From Candidatus Giovannonibacteria bacterium RIFCSPHIGHO2_02_FULL_44_11 (GTDB lineage: Bacteria; Patescibacteriota; Minisyncoccia; UBA11713; 2-01-FULL-45-33), in assembly GCA_001778595.1 (NCBI GenBank), contig MFHL01000005.1:1-38078 (forward strand): a DNA stretch of 38,078 nucleotides, in the 5' to 3' direction. The position numbers were made by a program, and so were the translations under genes. This document shows, piece after piece, positions 7,975 through 18,153 of the stretch (position 1 is its first letter; every line of letters begins with the position of its first letter). The notes below the pieces were generated by a model. The model worked only from the letters and a program-made list of their open reading frames with translations. It was not told the DNA's origin and did not search any database.

Positions 7975-9528
7975 TTATTTCCTATGCTTCGGAGTAATCC
8001 AAAAGCCCATATATTTTCCGAGCATCAGGCGCGTCTGGGCTTCAAGGGCGGGAATTGAACCGAAAATGGTTATTGTGAACGGAACTAAAAGCCACTGAAG
8101 CGCCATGTATGTATGGCGTCTTTTTCCGTAGTGCGCGGGACGCGGAGGAAGAAGCTTCATGGAAATTATCGCCGAAGTAATAAGCCCTATCATGGAAAAA
8201 GTCATGATTACGCGGGTAATGTTGGGCAAATTGTAGGCGAGCACCAAATTATTAAATTCCCTCCCCCCCAAAAGCACGGGGAGCCAGCCCAGCGCGAATA
8301 TCATTATCGCGTTAGTGGACCAGGACCAATAGCCCTCTATCATATTGAACGTATAGTATAGTTTTGTTCTAAGCGGTATTTTTTTTCCGCCAAAGGCGGA
8401 TCCGCCTTGGGCGGAATTTTTTATAAACCCGAAAACTACATACGGAAAATTTTCCACACCCCACGCCCAGCGCCTTTGCTGTTTGTAAACGTTTTTTACC
8501 GTTCCCCAAAATGTCGGAGCGAGGTTTGCATCCATTGAAACCGGAAAAGACAGCGGCAATGATTCATAATCGCCGTCATAATACAGAAGGGCATTCCAAA
8601 AAATACGAGAGTCTTCAGACACCATATTTGTCTGCCAAAAATCAAGACCTACCAAAGTTTTAAAACTCATTGAATGAGAAGAAAAAGTCGTAAGGCGCTC
8701 CGGGCGCTCCTGCTGCATCATCTGCCAAAAAGTGCCGGACGTGGCGACCACGCGCGAGAGCGCGGGAGCATCCCAGATATTGTTGTTAAAAATAGGCACC
8801 GGCTGGTAAGAGGAGCGGACAGGGTCTTTGGCGGTAAGAAAATGCCAGGTCAATATCTCAAAATATTGCTTCGGTATCTGCGTATCTATATCAAAAGAAG
8901 AAACAATAATGTCTTCATAGGGAATTTTCATCGTGTCTATAAAAATTTTTTTTGCCTCGCGCGCCGCCCATGATTCGTTGCTGCCTTTTCCGGGGATCTC
9001 GCCCTTAATATCTTTTGGATGCATTGTAACAAAAAAATACGGGAATTTTTCCGCCATCCGGCTGAGCGCGCGCGCCACCGTTTCTCCGTGCGGACGGTAC
9101 CTTTCTTCATATGTGAGCACGACTATCATTTTTTCTTTAGGCCACGCGCTTTTGGCTATCGCTTCCAATGAATGTTCAACCACTATCTCTGACTCCTGTG
9201 ACATCGGCAAGATAACGACCTGCCACAAATGCCCCCAATTGAGCCGTGAAAGCCTCTCGGACCAGTCGGTACGCAAATGTTCCTGCATCCGTTTCCAATT
9301 TGCGCGCAGATGAAAAGACAAAAAAACTGTTTTTACCAGCCAATAAATATCAAATATTATTATAAAAAAAGCCGCGCCGACCGGATAAAAATAAGAGCCC
9401 AGTATCATTCCTCCGAGCGTAAGCCACGCCAGAAAACCCGGAAAAATTTCCAGCATCCGGTAGATTAGCTTATCTTTGCCGCTGAGATCGGGAGAGAACC
9501 CGATTTTCAGGTAATTTTTTTTATCCAT
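7975..9528 (-). CDS. Membrane GT2-family glycosyltransferase
   Basis: GKGSN, DID, SED and QQRRW motifs of processive GT2 enzymes, with N- and C-terminal TM helices. Confidence 0.9.
   Translation of the reverse strand: MDKKNYLKIGFSPDLSGKDKLIYRMLEIFPGFLAWLTLGGMILGSYFYPVGAAFFIIIFDIYWLVKTVFLSFHLRANWKRMQEHLRTDWSERLSRLNWGHLWQVVILPMSQESEIVVEHSLEAIAKSAWPKEKMIVVLTYEERYRPHGETVARALSRMAEKFPYFFVTMHPKDIKGEIPGKGSNESWAAREAKKIFIDTMKIPYEDIIVSSFDIDTQIPKQYFEILTWHFLTAKDPVRSSYQPVPIFNNNIWDAPALSRVVATSGTFWQMMQQERPERLTTFSSHSMSFKTLVGLDFWQTNMVSEDSRIFWNALLYYDGDYESLPLSFPVSMDANLAPTFWGTVKNVYKQQRRWAWGVENFPYVVFGFIKNSAQGGSAFGGKKIPLRTKLYYTFNMIEGYWSWSTNAIMIFALGWLPVLLGGREFNNLVLAYNLPNITRVIMTFSMIGLITSAIISMKLLPPRPAHYGKRRHTYMALQWLLVPFTITIFGSIPALEAQTRLMLGKYMGFWITPKHRK
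8385..8416. repeat. Nested palindromic element inside the GT2 gene
   Basis: ttccgccaaaggcgga|tccgccttgggcggaa, 15/16 symmetric, read as SAQGGSAFGG. Confidence 0.85.
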
Positions 9529-9583
9529 TCAACACTGATATTAGAACATTTTTTTATAAAAAACAAAACCCCGCACTGCGAGG

Positions 9584-10111
9584 TCAATTTATAATAACTA
9601 GAGGCAATTCAATATCTCCGTTTTTAATTCCTTCCGGCAGCCCGATAGGTTCGCGGAACAATACTTTATCCTCACGAACAACTTCCAGGATAGAAATCTC
9701 CGACAATTTCAGTTTTGTGCGGACCATTGCATCACATTTAAACCGGTATTCCATCAGCTCTATCATAGACGCGGGGTCGTGGCGGTCTGTCGTATAGGTC
9801 ATGTCAATGCGGTCATGGCCCGACCTTATTATACCGTTCCATCCGGCGGCACTTTCAGACTGTTCGCGCCTGATAAATTTTTCCAAATGAGGATAAAGCA
9901 AGTCAAGATGGAATTCCAAACCCTGGACCACGATATTTGGCCACGCCTTGTGGCCTTCAAAAGGCGACGTTAAAGTTACGTTGCTTCCGGGGAATATTCC
10001 ATATAGTGTTATGCGCTGTACATCCGTATTCCCGAAAAATTTCCGGATAGTCTCTCCTCTGCTTTTTTGCCATTTTTCAAGCAGTTTATTAAGATCTTCT
10101 TTGGAATACAT
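9584..10111 (-). CDS. Hypothetical protein
   Basis: 175-aa ORF with a natural-looking composition. Confidence 0.7.
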   Translation of the reverse strand: MYSKEDLNKLLEKWQKSRGETIRKFFGNTDVQRITLYGIFPGSNVTLTSPFEGHKAWPNIVVQGLEFHLDLLYPHLEKFIRREQSESAAGWNGIIRSGHDRIDMTYTTDRHDPASMIELMEYRFKCDAMVRTKLKLSEISILEVVREDKVLFREPIGLPEGIKNGDIELPLVIIN

Positions 10112-10185
10112 AAAAACCCATCCTTGAAATTCTAAAGCCAGAATATCAGAAACATGCTAAAATAGCAAAAGATACGGTTGTTTTT

Positions 10186-10707
10186 ATGGCTACAACACCC
10201 GGCGAGAGCGTATATGTTATTTTGATAGACATACTCAGAAATAATACTTTAGCAGGAACGATACAAATTCCTCCGAACAGATCACTTTGTACGATTGCTG
10301 AAATTTTGAATTTCTTTAATGTAACACTGGACTACAATGTTAAAATTTGGATAAAACGCGAAAAACAGAACACCTGCAGAGACCAAAATTACGACCGCTA
10401 CGCCTCACTCCCTTGGGAACATTTTAACAATTGTGTGATAGCGCTTGCGTATTACCGCCCGAATCCGGAAGTATTCGAAAATTACATCCAAAGTCTGCGC
10501 GAGAAAAAATTTGCCGACGCACTAAAAGAGCAGGAGAAGATATGGGAAGAAAAAAAACGGAAAAAAGAAGAGCGCGCCGGCAAAGCGCCGATATATGTCG
10601 CGTTAAAGAATAAAGCTATTCAAGCTTTAAAAAAAAGGAAGATCAAAGCACGCATTGAAGCCGAGCTGGCGGAAAAAGAAAAAACGGAAAACAAAGAGAA
10701 AAAATAA
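10186..10707 (+). CDS. Hypothetical protein with basic coiled-coil C-terminus
   Basis: 173-aa ORF with a K/E-rich tail, followed by a terminator. Confidence 0.65.
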   Translation: MATTPGESVYVILIDILRNNTLAGTIQIPPNRSLCTIAEILNFFNVTLDYNVKIWIKREKQNTCRDQNYDRYASLPWEHFNNCVIALAYYRPNPEVFENYIQSLREKKFADALKEQEKIWEEKKRKKEERAGKAPIYVALKNKAIQALKKRKIKARIEAELAEKEKTENKEKK

Positions 10708-10757
10708 ACCCCGCATTCGCCTCCGTCAGTTGACGGATGGCAAAGCGGGGTTATTTT
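10707..10757. terminator. Bidirectional terminator containing a palindromic insert
   Basis: aaccccgc...gcggggtt stem with internal tccgtca-gt-tgacgga hairpin, between convergent genes. Confidence 0.7.
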
Positions 10758-10762
10758 TTAAA

Positions 10763-12226
10763 CTAAATACCTGAGATTTCCAATTTATTGCTATCACCTA
10801 CGGAACAAAGCGTAGCCTTTCCATTGACAATGGTCTCCAGGCAAACGCCCCTGCCCCAAAGCTGTTTTATGTAGCCGAGTGTTTTTTCGGCGTATTCCAG
10901 CTGAAGATCACGACCGTCGTGGCTGTGCTTCAAAAACAAGATTCTGTTATTATTGTAATTTGCGTCTTCCACTTTGATTACCGGGGTTTGGCCCATGCCG
11001 ACATTTTGTACCAGGGTTTTTTTGACTTTGCGCCAGCCGTCTTCCGAAGCAACTTCGCTTACAACCATATCGTTGCCTCTGTGCTGATACTCAAAAAGAT
11101 TGAATTCTCTGACAAGTTCTTCGGTCAAAAAATTGTCCAGAAAGGACGAATCTCTTGCCCATTCCCTGACTTCAAAAATCTTCTGAAGCCCGGTTTTCTT
11201 TTTTAGGTCACCGGCACCTCCGTTGCGCTCGTACATTTCCTCGTGCTTTTCGCAAATCTTGCCGATGTAAGCCTCGTCATACCGGTGCACAATGTCGTGC
11301 CATGTGCCAAACCCCACAAAATAAGGATTCAGCCCGCCGGGCGTCGGACAAAGGACTTGAGTATGCCGGACAAGAAATTCCATATGTATGTCTTGCGGCA
11401 AATTTAACGTATTGAGAATTGTCTTGTGCCAGAAACTGGCCCAGCCTTCGTTCATGATTTTCGTGTCAATTTGCGGAATAAAATACTGGGCCTGCTCGTG
11501 CACTATCGTAAAACAATCCCGTTCCCAATCCTGCAAATCACGGTTATAGTCACGGATAAAAATCAAAAGATTTTCGGTCGGTACCAAAGGAACCCTGGTC
11601 AGATCCGGAGCAATATACTCCTGTCTTCTATGGGCATTCTGAAAACTGTCTTCTCTGGGCAAAGCATTGTCCAATGCCCTCTGCTCCTGTTCTTTTCGCG
11701 ACATCTCTTTTATTGCGAGGTTCCGCCTGCATTGCAAGGAAACGGCGTGAGCCGCGTCCAGTACCGCTTCAACCTTATCAAGACCGATGCTGGAGTCCGC
11801 GATATAACTTCGGATACGGTTCGCATGGCTTTTGAACCTTTCGATGGTCATATTTGCATGGGTAGTTGCTAATGTATCATTATTCCTGAAAAAATCATTG
11901 TGCGCGTACACATGGGCCATCGTAAGAATCTGCAAAGCCAGACTATTTTCACGCATGAGATATGCCAAACACGGGTCTGAGTTAATTACCATCTCGTAAG
12001 GCAGACCGCTCAAACCGTAGTCGTAAAGGGTCTTGAGCTTCTCAAATCCCTTGCCGTATGACCAATGAGGATAATGCGAAGGCATGCCGGAGTAGGTCAT
12101 ATAAGAGAGCATTTCTTCGGAATCGCAGATTTCAAACTCCTGCTTAAACGTTTTGAGTCCGTAATTTCTTGCAAGCCGTTCAATCGGCACGTTCCATTTT
12201 TTGATTTCTTCCAAATTTACGTCCAT
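10763..12226 (-). CDS. spoVR: SpoVR/YcgB family protein
   Basis: GMPSHYPHWSYGK, YEMVINSDPCLAYLM, AHVYAHNDFF and TKIMNEGWASFWH. Confidence 0.95.
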   Translation of the reverse strand: MDVNLEEIKKWNVPIERLARNYGLKTFKQEFEICDSEEMLSYMTYSGMPSHYPHWSYGKGFEKLKTLYDYGLSGLPYEMVINSDPCLAYLMRENSLALQILTMAHVYAHNDFFRNNDTLATTHANMTIERFKSHANRIRSYIADSSIGLDKVEAVLDAAHAVSLQCRRNLAIKEMSRKEQEQRALDNALPREDSFQNAHRRQEYIAPDLTRVPLVPTENLLIFIRDYNRDLQDWERDCFTIVHEQAQYFIPQIDTKIMNEGWASFWHKTILNTLNLPQDIHMEFLVRHTQVLCPTPGGLNPYFVGFGTWHDIVHRYDEAYIGKICEKHEEMYERNGGAGDLKKKTGLQKIFEVREWARDSSFLDNFLTEELVREFNLFEYQHRGNDMVVSEVASEDGWRKVKKTLVQNVGMGQTPVIKVEDANYNNNRILFLKHSHDGRDLQLEYAEKTLGYIKQLWGRGVCLETIVNGKATLCSVGDSNKLEISGI

Positions 12227-12230
12227 AGTG

Positions 12231-13541
12231 TTACTCCTTTATCTTGTCTTTCTCAAGAAAACTTTTGAAAGCCGACCAGACATCCTCTTTTCTCTGTATC
12301 TGGATCGTCTGAAAATTTGGTCTGTCCACCTGAGATAAATATTGGATCATGCTTCCGCCGTAATATCCCGCACCCAGGGGTTTGATCTCTCCGTAACCGA
12401 AAAGGTTGGAAGCGTCGGCAAGTTCCTGCGCTGCTTTTAGCGCGGCAGGATTGTCGGATTCAAAATTGTCCCCGTCCGAACAATGGAACGCATAAACATT
12501 CCAAAGGGAAAGCGGGAATTTCTCGCGAATTACTTCCAGCGCCTTATTGTATCCGGAAGAAATAAATGTTCCGCCGGACTCGCCCTTGTGAAAAAATTCC
12601 TCTTCCGTGACAACGCGCGCTTCGGTGTGATGCGCGATAAACACGATTCTCACATTCTCGTAGCGCGTGCACAAAAAACGGTAAAGAAGAAAGAAAAAAC
12701 TGCGCGCAAGATACTTTTTCATCGTGTCCATTGAACCCGACGTATCCATGATACAGAGCACCACGGCATTGGAGTCCTTGCGGACTTCCAAAACGGTGCG
12801 CCCAAAGCGCTTATTCCGGTTCCTCATCGGAATCCAATTTTTGCGCCTTTCTATCGCGCTTCCTTTACTGCTAAGCTTTGCCCTCAGCAAATCCTGCTCC
12901 GTCTGCCACGCACGCAAATTGTCCTCAAGCACCTTGGCCTCTGCTGTTCTGCCTGCGGCTTGAAGTTTTTTGATTTCTTCTTTTACCGCATCCGTTGATC
13001 TGGCGTTTCCCTGCATATCTTTAATGTGCTCTATCTGCGTTCTCTTTCTGTTCAAACGCGCCTGAATACCTTTTTTCTTGAACCCTTTTTGTTTGAATTT
13101 TTTTTCAACTTCCATCTCGCGGAATTTTTTTCTTTCCATGAACGGAAGCTCCAGATCCTCAAACATGATCTCAATCAGCTCATCAAGGTTTATTTCGGTC
13201 TCATAGTAATCAACTCCGGGCTGGTCGCCGGCTTGCTGTCCCTGTGCTCCCTTTTTGCCTTGTCCGATGGTCTGTCCCGGCTGAACATCTCCATCCCCGC
13301 CCTGACCTACGCCGGGAGCGTTTTCCCCATAAACAAAACGGTATTCTTTTACTCCGCGGATAGGAACTTTGATAACGCGTCCTTTGTCTTTGCCGATGAT
13401 AGACTCTTCGGCAATAATATTGCCGATATCCCCTCGGATAGCATCACGCACTTTTTGCCTGTGCCTCAGCCTGTCGCCGGCGGTTCTGTCGCTATGCCTC
13501 GCCCCGCCGGTTCCTTCTTTCGGATCATTGAAAATTGCCAT
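12231..13541 (-). CDS. yeaH: YeaH/YhbH (DUF444) vWA-domain protein
   Basis: D..RH..KV..AI, MDTSGSM (MIDAS), FIAHHTEA, GESGGT and HCSDGDN. SD aaggag. Confidence 0.95.
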   Translation of the reverse strand: MAIFNDPKEGTGGARHSDRTAGDRLRHRQKVRDAIRGDIGNIIAEESIIGKDKGRVIKVPIRGVKEYRFVYGENAPGVGQGGDGDVQPGQTIGQGKKGAQGQQAGDQPGVDYYETEINLDELIEIMFEDLELPFMERKKFREMEVEKKFKQKGFKKKGIQARLNRKRTQIEHIKDMQGNARSTDAVKEEIKKLQAAGRTAEAKVLEDNLRAWQTEQDLLRAKLSSKGSAIERRKNWIPMRNRNKRFGRTVLEVRKDSNAVVLCIMDTSGSMDTMKKYLARSFFFLLYRFLCTRYENVRIVFIAHHTEARVVTEEEFFHKGESGGTFISSGYNKALEVIREKFPLSLWNVYAFHCSDGDNFESDNPAALKAAQELADASNLFGYGEIKPLGAGYYGGSMIQYLSQVDRPNFQTIQIQRKEDVWSAFKSFLEKDKIKE

Positions 13542-13587
13542 CAAAATCTCCTTTTTTCAAATATCTTCCTGACTCAAGTCGTAACAT

Positions 13588-13614
13588 AAAAAAATCCCCG
13601 AGGCAAGCCCGGGG
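13588..13614 (-). terminator. Terminator-like hairpin between prkA and yeaH
   Basis: ccccg...cgggg stem followed by a T7 tract on the minus strand. Confidence 0.6.
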
Positions 13615-13632
13615 CAACATCGATAATAACTA

Positions 13633-15609
13633 TTAGTCTTTCCAGAGGTTGTTTGCGGCGTACTTGAGAATCACGTCCACACAGCTCTCGCAATACTCGC
13701 ATTTATCCAACAGCTGCTGGACCATCATATCATATTTTTCTCCCTGTTCCTTGTCGCGTAAGCGCGACTTGGTAATCACCCGGCTCAAATCGCGTACCGA
13801 AGCGATGAGCTTTTTCTCAATCGCCTCCTTGAGCGGTTCGTAGCTACGGAAGTCAATCTTCTCACCCCGGCGGTTTGCCGCCCAGAGATAAGCAATCACC
13901 TCCTGACGGAACCCGTCGGCAGCCGAGCCGATGATGGCGATTTGCTCCTCGATAGATTTCATTAACTCTTCGTCGGGCGCCAATTCTTCTTTGGTGTTGT
14001 GGTCCTTCACCTTGCTCTTGTTGACATAGGCTTCTGCGTGATCAAGATAATTCTGGAAAAGCGACTCGGCCTGCTCTTGGTAAGAGTGGACGAAAGCCCT
14101 TGTTACTTCCTTGTCCAGAATAGCGAGGTACTCCTTGTGCAGCGTATCCTGCAGAAATTCCAATCTTTGCTTTTTGACATCCTCACTGGCCTTATCATCT
14201 TCCTTAACCATGTTGATCAGCGCTTCCCGCACATTAATCGGATTCACGCATTTCCCGCTTGCGTTGTCGGAAAGGGCGTTGTCCAGCGCTTTCATAATGA
14301 AACGCGTTGAGATACCGTCCATGCCCTCACGCTTTGCGGCCTCGCGCAATTCCTGAATGTCAACTTTTTTCGTGCGTCCCTTTTCAATGACTTCATCGCC
14401 GTTGTAGAGTTTCAGTTTGGTCATGAGGTCGCACTTATTGGTCGGCTCAAGACGCGACAGAATCGCGAACATTGAAGCGATTTCCAGCGTATGCGGCGCC
14501 ACGTGTGCGCGGAAGTCCGTCTCGCGGATGATTTTTTGATAAATCTTGATCTCTTCGGAGAGACGCAGATTGTAAGGCACTCTCACCACCACGATGCGGT
14601 CCAAGATCGCCTCGTTGGTATGGTCGCCTTTGAATTTCTGCCACTCGGCTTCGTTGGAATGGGCTACGATTACCGTGTCAACATAAACCAATCCGTGCCG
14701 GCCCGGCGCAGGAACGACTTTTTCCTGTGTCGCCGTAATCATCGCGTGCAGGTATTCGATCTCGTTCTTAAAAACCTCGATGAATTCCACAACTCCGCGG
14801 TTTCCGATATTGAGCGCGCCGTTGAGCTCCAAAACTCTCGGATCGCCTTCGGAATAAAGATCCAGCTTGGAAATATCCTCAGAACCAATCAGTACGGAAG
14901 TGTCCTGATTGTTTGGATCCACGGGCGGAACGACGCCGATGCCGACTCGCGCACGTTTGGAAAATTCGTATGTCCGCACGGGCATATTTTCCCATTTCCC
15001 GCCGAAATCTTCTTTCAGTCTGTAGCGGCATACGGGGCAGATATCCCATTCCTGCTTAAAAAACTTTGCCGGAAGTCCGAGCATCGTGAATATTTCTTCC
15101 CGCAAATGCTTGGGAACCAGAAGCAGCGGCTCATTGAACATTGGACAGCCGTCCATCGCATAGAACGGCTCGCTGGATTCCAAGCCTCTGTGTAAATGCT
15201 CGGCAAGCGAGCTTTTTCCGGAACCGACCGGCCCCATCAGGTACAACACCTGCCTGGATTCTTCGCCTCTTTGGGCAGCCGAGTAAAAATACCGCGCAAT
15301 CTGCGCGACTGTCTTCTCGATGCCGAAAAAATCATTGGAAAAAAAATCATAAACCTTTAACGGCTCGCCCTTAAAAAGTCTTTTGATCCTGTTATCCTCG
15401 ATTTCCGTAATTGGTTTCTCGCCGGCTCTTACAATGATGTCGTTTAGGCGGGCGTGGGCCAATTTAGCAACCAATGGGTCTGCCTTAACCTTTTCCATAT
15501 ACTGCAGTACGGTTCCGCTCCAGGAACGATCCAGCTTGTCTTTCCGGTCTGATTGAATCTTGCCTTGAACAAATTCTTGAAATTCGCTTCTCTCTGTTTC
15601 TTCTCCCAT
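13633..15609 (-). CDS. prkA: PrkA/YeaG AAA+ serine protein kinase
   Basis: FFGIE, Walker A GPVGSGKS, NRGVVEFIEVFK, AHSNEAEW and GISTRF. SD aaggagg. Confidence 0.95.
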   Translation of the reverse strand: MGEETERSEFQEFVQGKIQSDRKDKLDRSWSGTVLQYMEKVKADPLVAKLAHARLNDIIVRAGEKPITEIEDNRIKRLFKGEPLKVYDFFSNDFFGIEKTVAQIARYFYSAAQRGEESRQVLYLMGPVGSGKSSLAEHLHRGLESSEPFYAMDGCPMFNEPLLLVPKHLREEIFTMLGLPAKFFKQEWDICPVCRYRLKEDFGGKWENMPVRTYEFSKRARVGIGVVPPVDPNNQDTSVLIGSEDISKLDLYSEGDPRVLELNGALNIGNRGVVEFIEVFKNEIEYLHAMITATQEKVVPAPGRHGLVYVDTVIVAHSNEAEWQKFKGDHTNEAILDRIVVVRVPYNLRLSEEIKIYQKIIRETDFRAHVAPHTLEIASMFAILSRLEPTNKCDLMTKLKLYNGDEVIEKGRTKKVDIQELREAAKREGMDGISTRFIMKALDNALSDNASGKCVNPINVREALINMVKEDDKASEDVKKQRLEFLQDTLHKEYLAILDKEVTRAFVHSYQEQAESLFQNYLDHAEAYVNKSKVKDHNTKEELAPDEELMKSIEEQIAIIGSAADGFRQEVIAYLWAANRRGEKIDFRSYEPLKEAIEKKLIASVRDLSRVITKSRLRDKEQGEKYDMMVQQLLDKCEYCESCVDVILKYAANNLWKD

Positions 15610-15657
15610 AACCTTCCTCCTTATGTCAAATAGCTGACGATATTAAAACCTACGTTA

Positions 15658-15686
15658 GGTGTAGCAAACGCCAAAAAACTTGTCAA
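15658..15686 (-). promoter_or_regulatory. sigma70-type promoter for prkA operon
   Basis: TTGACA-17 nt-TACACC with extended TG on the minus strand. Confidence 0.6.
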
Positions 15687-15718
15687 TGGGTCCAAAAAAG
15701 TGGTATAAATGAAAAAGC

Positions 15719-15790
15719 GCGAGCGTAGCTCAACGGCAGAGCATCGAGCTTATACCTCGAGGGTTGAGGGTTCGAATCCTTCCGCTCGCA
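15719..15790 (+). tRNA. tRNA-Ile(TAT)
   Basis: Acceptor gcgagcg/cgctcgc plus A. D arm gctc/gagc. Anticodon stem tcgag/ctcga with loop ct-TAT-ac. T arm gaggg-TTCGAAT-ccttc. CCA is not encoded. Confidence 0.93.
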
Positions 15791-15824
15791 CAAAAATTTC
15801 AGCTTACTCATCCATGATATTTGT

Positions 15825-15853
15825 TTGACAAATTTCAAGCAATTTGTTATCAT
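15825..15853 (+). promoter_or_regulatory. sigma70-type promoter
   Basis: TTGACA-17 nt-TATCAT with extended TG. Confidence 0.7.
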
Positions 15854-15886
15854 GTAAAAAGTTACGAATTTACTAGGAGGTGTTAT

Positions 15887-16291
15887 ATGCGGAGTATTTT
15901 GATAGCGTTAGCAATTTTCGTTTCCACCGCAGTGTGTGCGGCAGAAATTGCGGAATATCCGGAAAGCAGGATAACAGACTTAACCTTTGGATCATGGGCC
16001 GGATCGGTATACCTTGAACACCCGGGCCGCAAAGAAACCCTTTTCAAATGCAACGGCCGGCTAACGAGCATTAAACTGGCCAAAAATGAATATGCGGTTA
16101 TACTTTGTCCGCCGCCGGAGGAGAAACCAGACAAATTGACGGTTCAAATCTATAAACAAAACGAGATTACCAGTGCGATTGTAATTTATAATTACATGAG
16201 CCAATTAGACCGCCTACATAGCCAATTTTTTTTCGCCGAAAAAATCTCTAACAAAATTTTAAAACGCTTTAGCAATACTCGAGAACCATAA
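15887..16291 (+). CDS. Hypothetical secreted protein
   Basis: SD aggaggt before the ATG at 15887 and signal peptide MRSILIALAIFVSTAVCA. Confidence 0.75.
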   Translation: MRSILIALAIFVSTAVCAAEIAEYPESRITDLTFGSWAGSVYLEHPGRKETLFKCNGRLTSIKLAKNEYAVILCPPPEEKPDKLTVQIYKQNEITSAIVIYNYMSQLDRLHSQFFFAEKISNKILKRFSNTREP

Positions 16292-16308
16292 AACTATGGT
16301 TCTTTTTT

Positions 16309-18138
16309 TTAAACCAATCCGTAAGATTTTATGAAGTTTGCAAATTCATCGCGTTCCACGGTTTCTTCCGTTATTAATTTTTGGGCCAGCGCGTCCAGAA
16401 CATCGCGATGCTTTGTAAGAACTTCTTTGGCTGTTTTGAAGGCATTTTTCATAAAATTAGAAACTTCAGAATCAATGAGTGACGCAACCGTTTCCGAATA
16501 ATCTTTGGACGAACCAAAATCGCGTCCCAGGAAAACATTTTCCTCATGGCCGGAAAACGCCATCGGTCCGAACTTTTCCGACATGCCGTATTTTGTAACC
16601 AGAGCCCGCGCGAGGTCGGTGGCCTTTTTCAGATCGTCCGACGCACCTGTGGTAAATTCTTTAAAAACAACTTCTTCAGACGCATATCCGCCCAAAGAGA
16701 CCGCGAGCTCGGATATAAAATGGGTTTTTGTATAAAAATGTCTGTCCTCCAAAGGAAGCTTCAAAGTAAACCCTGCCGCGCGGCCACGCGAAATTATTGA
16801 AATTTTATGCACCGGGTCGGTATCGGGCATCAAGGCCGCAACAAGGGCGTGCCCGGCTTCGTGGTAAGCGGCGATTTTCTTTTCTTTGTCCGAAAGAATA
16901 TGGCTTTTCCTTTCGGGCCCAAGCATGACTTTTTCAATTGAATTAATGATATCCAGCTGTGTTACCTCTTTCCTTGCGTTGCGCGCGGTCAAAATCGCCG
17001 CCTCATTCACCAAATTTGCGAGGTCCGCACCTGAAAATCCCGGTGTCCGCTCGGCGATTCTTTTGAAATCAACATCTTTAGCCAGCGGTTTTTTCAGAGA
17101 ATGTATCTTTAAAATCGCCTCGCGGTCGTTGATATCGGGAAGATCTATGATTACGCGCCGGTCAAACCTTCCGGGGCGCAAAAGTGCAGGATCCAAAACA
17201 TCTGGCCGGTTGGTGGCTGCCATAACGATTACCGCCTCGTTGGTTTCAAATCCGTCCAACTCAACCAAAATCTGGTTCAATGTCTGCTCTCTTTCGTCGT
17301 GTCCTCCGCCCATGCCAGCTCCCCTATGGCGTCCGATTGCGTCTACTTCATCAATAAAAATAATGGAAGGCGCCGCTTTTTTGGCCATTTTAAATAAATC
17401 GCGTACGCGCGACGCGCCGACTCCGACGAACATTTCAACAAATTCCGACGCGGACATATGGAAAAACGGCACACCTGCTTCTCCCGCGACTGCTTTTGCT
17501 ATTAAAGTTTTTCCCGTACCGGGCGCGCCCATCAACAATACCCCTTTCGGTATTTTCGCACCGATATCCAGAAATTTCTTCGGCGATTTCAAAAAGTCTA
17601 CTATCTCTACAAGTTCTTCTTTGGCTTCTTTGGCTCCTGCAACATCCTTAAACATCACCCGTTCTTTTTTATTGTCGGGGTAAATTACCCGCGCGCGCGA
17701 TTGTCCGAAAGTAAAAGCTTGGATGTTCGCACGCTGGACCTGGCGCGCGGTCAGCCAGAAAAACGCCACTACCAGAAGCAGAGGCAATAAAAACGGCAAA
17801 AGCACCGCCAGCCAATACCAGACTCCTGAAGGGTTTTGTATGTCTATTACAATCTTTGCCAGCTTTTCATCCGTGAGTCCGTAATTTTTGAATGTTTCCG
17901 AAAGCGCGGCCTCATTTTCTTTTTTGGATAAAAATTCCGCGCCGTCCTTCATTGTAATAGTCAGGTCTGAATCCATTACGGTTATCTTAACAACCTGATC
18001 TGCGTTTATTTTTCCGACAAGTTCCGAAATAGAAATTGTTTTTACTTCTTTAAAGCTTCCCGAGAGCGCCGTGTACATGAACGCCAATGCCAGAAGTATC
18101 AGCAGAGCGCTAAACGCATTTTTTGAGAGCATTTTCAT
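16309..18138 (-). CDS. ftsH: ATP-dependent zinc metalloprotease FtsH
   Basis: Two TM helices, [17 protein letters not shown] ([20 protein letters not shown]) and HEAGH. Confidence 0.98.
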   Translation of the reverse strand: MKMLSKNAFSALLILLALAFMYTALSGSFKEVKTISISELVGKINADQVVKITVMDSDLTITMKDGAEFLSKKENEAALSETFKNYGLTDEKLAKIVIDIQNPSGVWYWLAVLLPFLLPLLLVVAFFWLTARQVQRANIQAFTFGQSRARVIYPDNKKERVMFKDVAGAKEAKEELVEIVDFLKSPKKFLDIGAKIPKGVLLMGAPGTGKTLIAKAVAGEAGVPFFHMSASEFVEMFVGVGASRVRDLFKMAKKAAPSIIFIDEVDAIGRHRGAGMGGGHDEREQTLNQILVELDGFETNEAVIVMAATNRPDVLDPALLRPGRFDRRVIIDLPDINDREAILKIHSLKKPLAKDVDFKRIAERTPGFSGADLANLVNEAAILTARNARKEVTQLDIINSIEKVMLGPERKSHILSDKEKKIAAYHEAGHALVAALMPDTDPVHKISIISRGRAAGFTLKLPLEDRHFYTKTHFISELAVSLGGYASEEVVFKEFTTGASDDLKKATDLARALVTKYGMSEKFGPMAFSGHEENVFLGRDFGSSKDYSETVASLIDSEVSNFMKNAFKTAKEVLTKHRDVLDALAQKLITEETVERDEFANFIKSYGLV

Positions 18139-18153
18139 ATTAAAGTAATTATA

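Noticed and set aside
13026..17683. Long plus-strand ORFs (187, 234 and 265 aa) opposite yeaH, prkA and ftsH
   Set aside because: Antisense shadows of well-conserved genes with no recognisable motifs.
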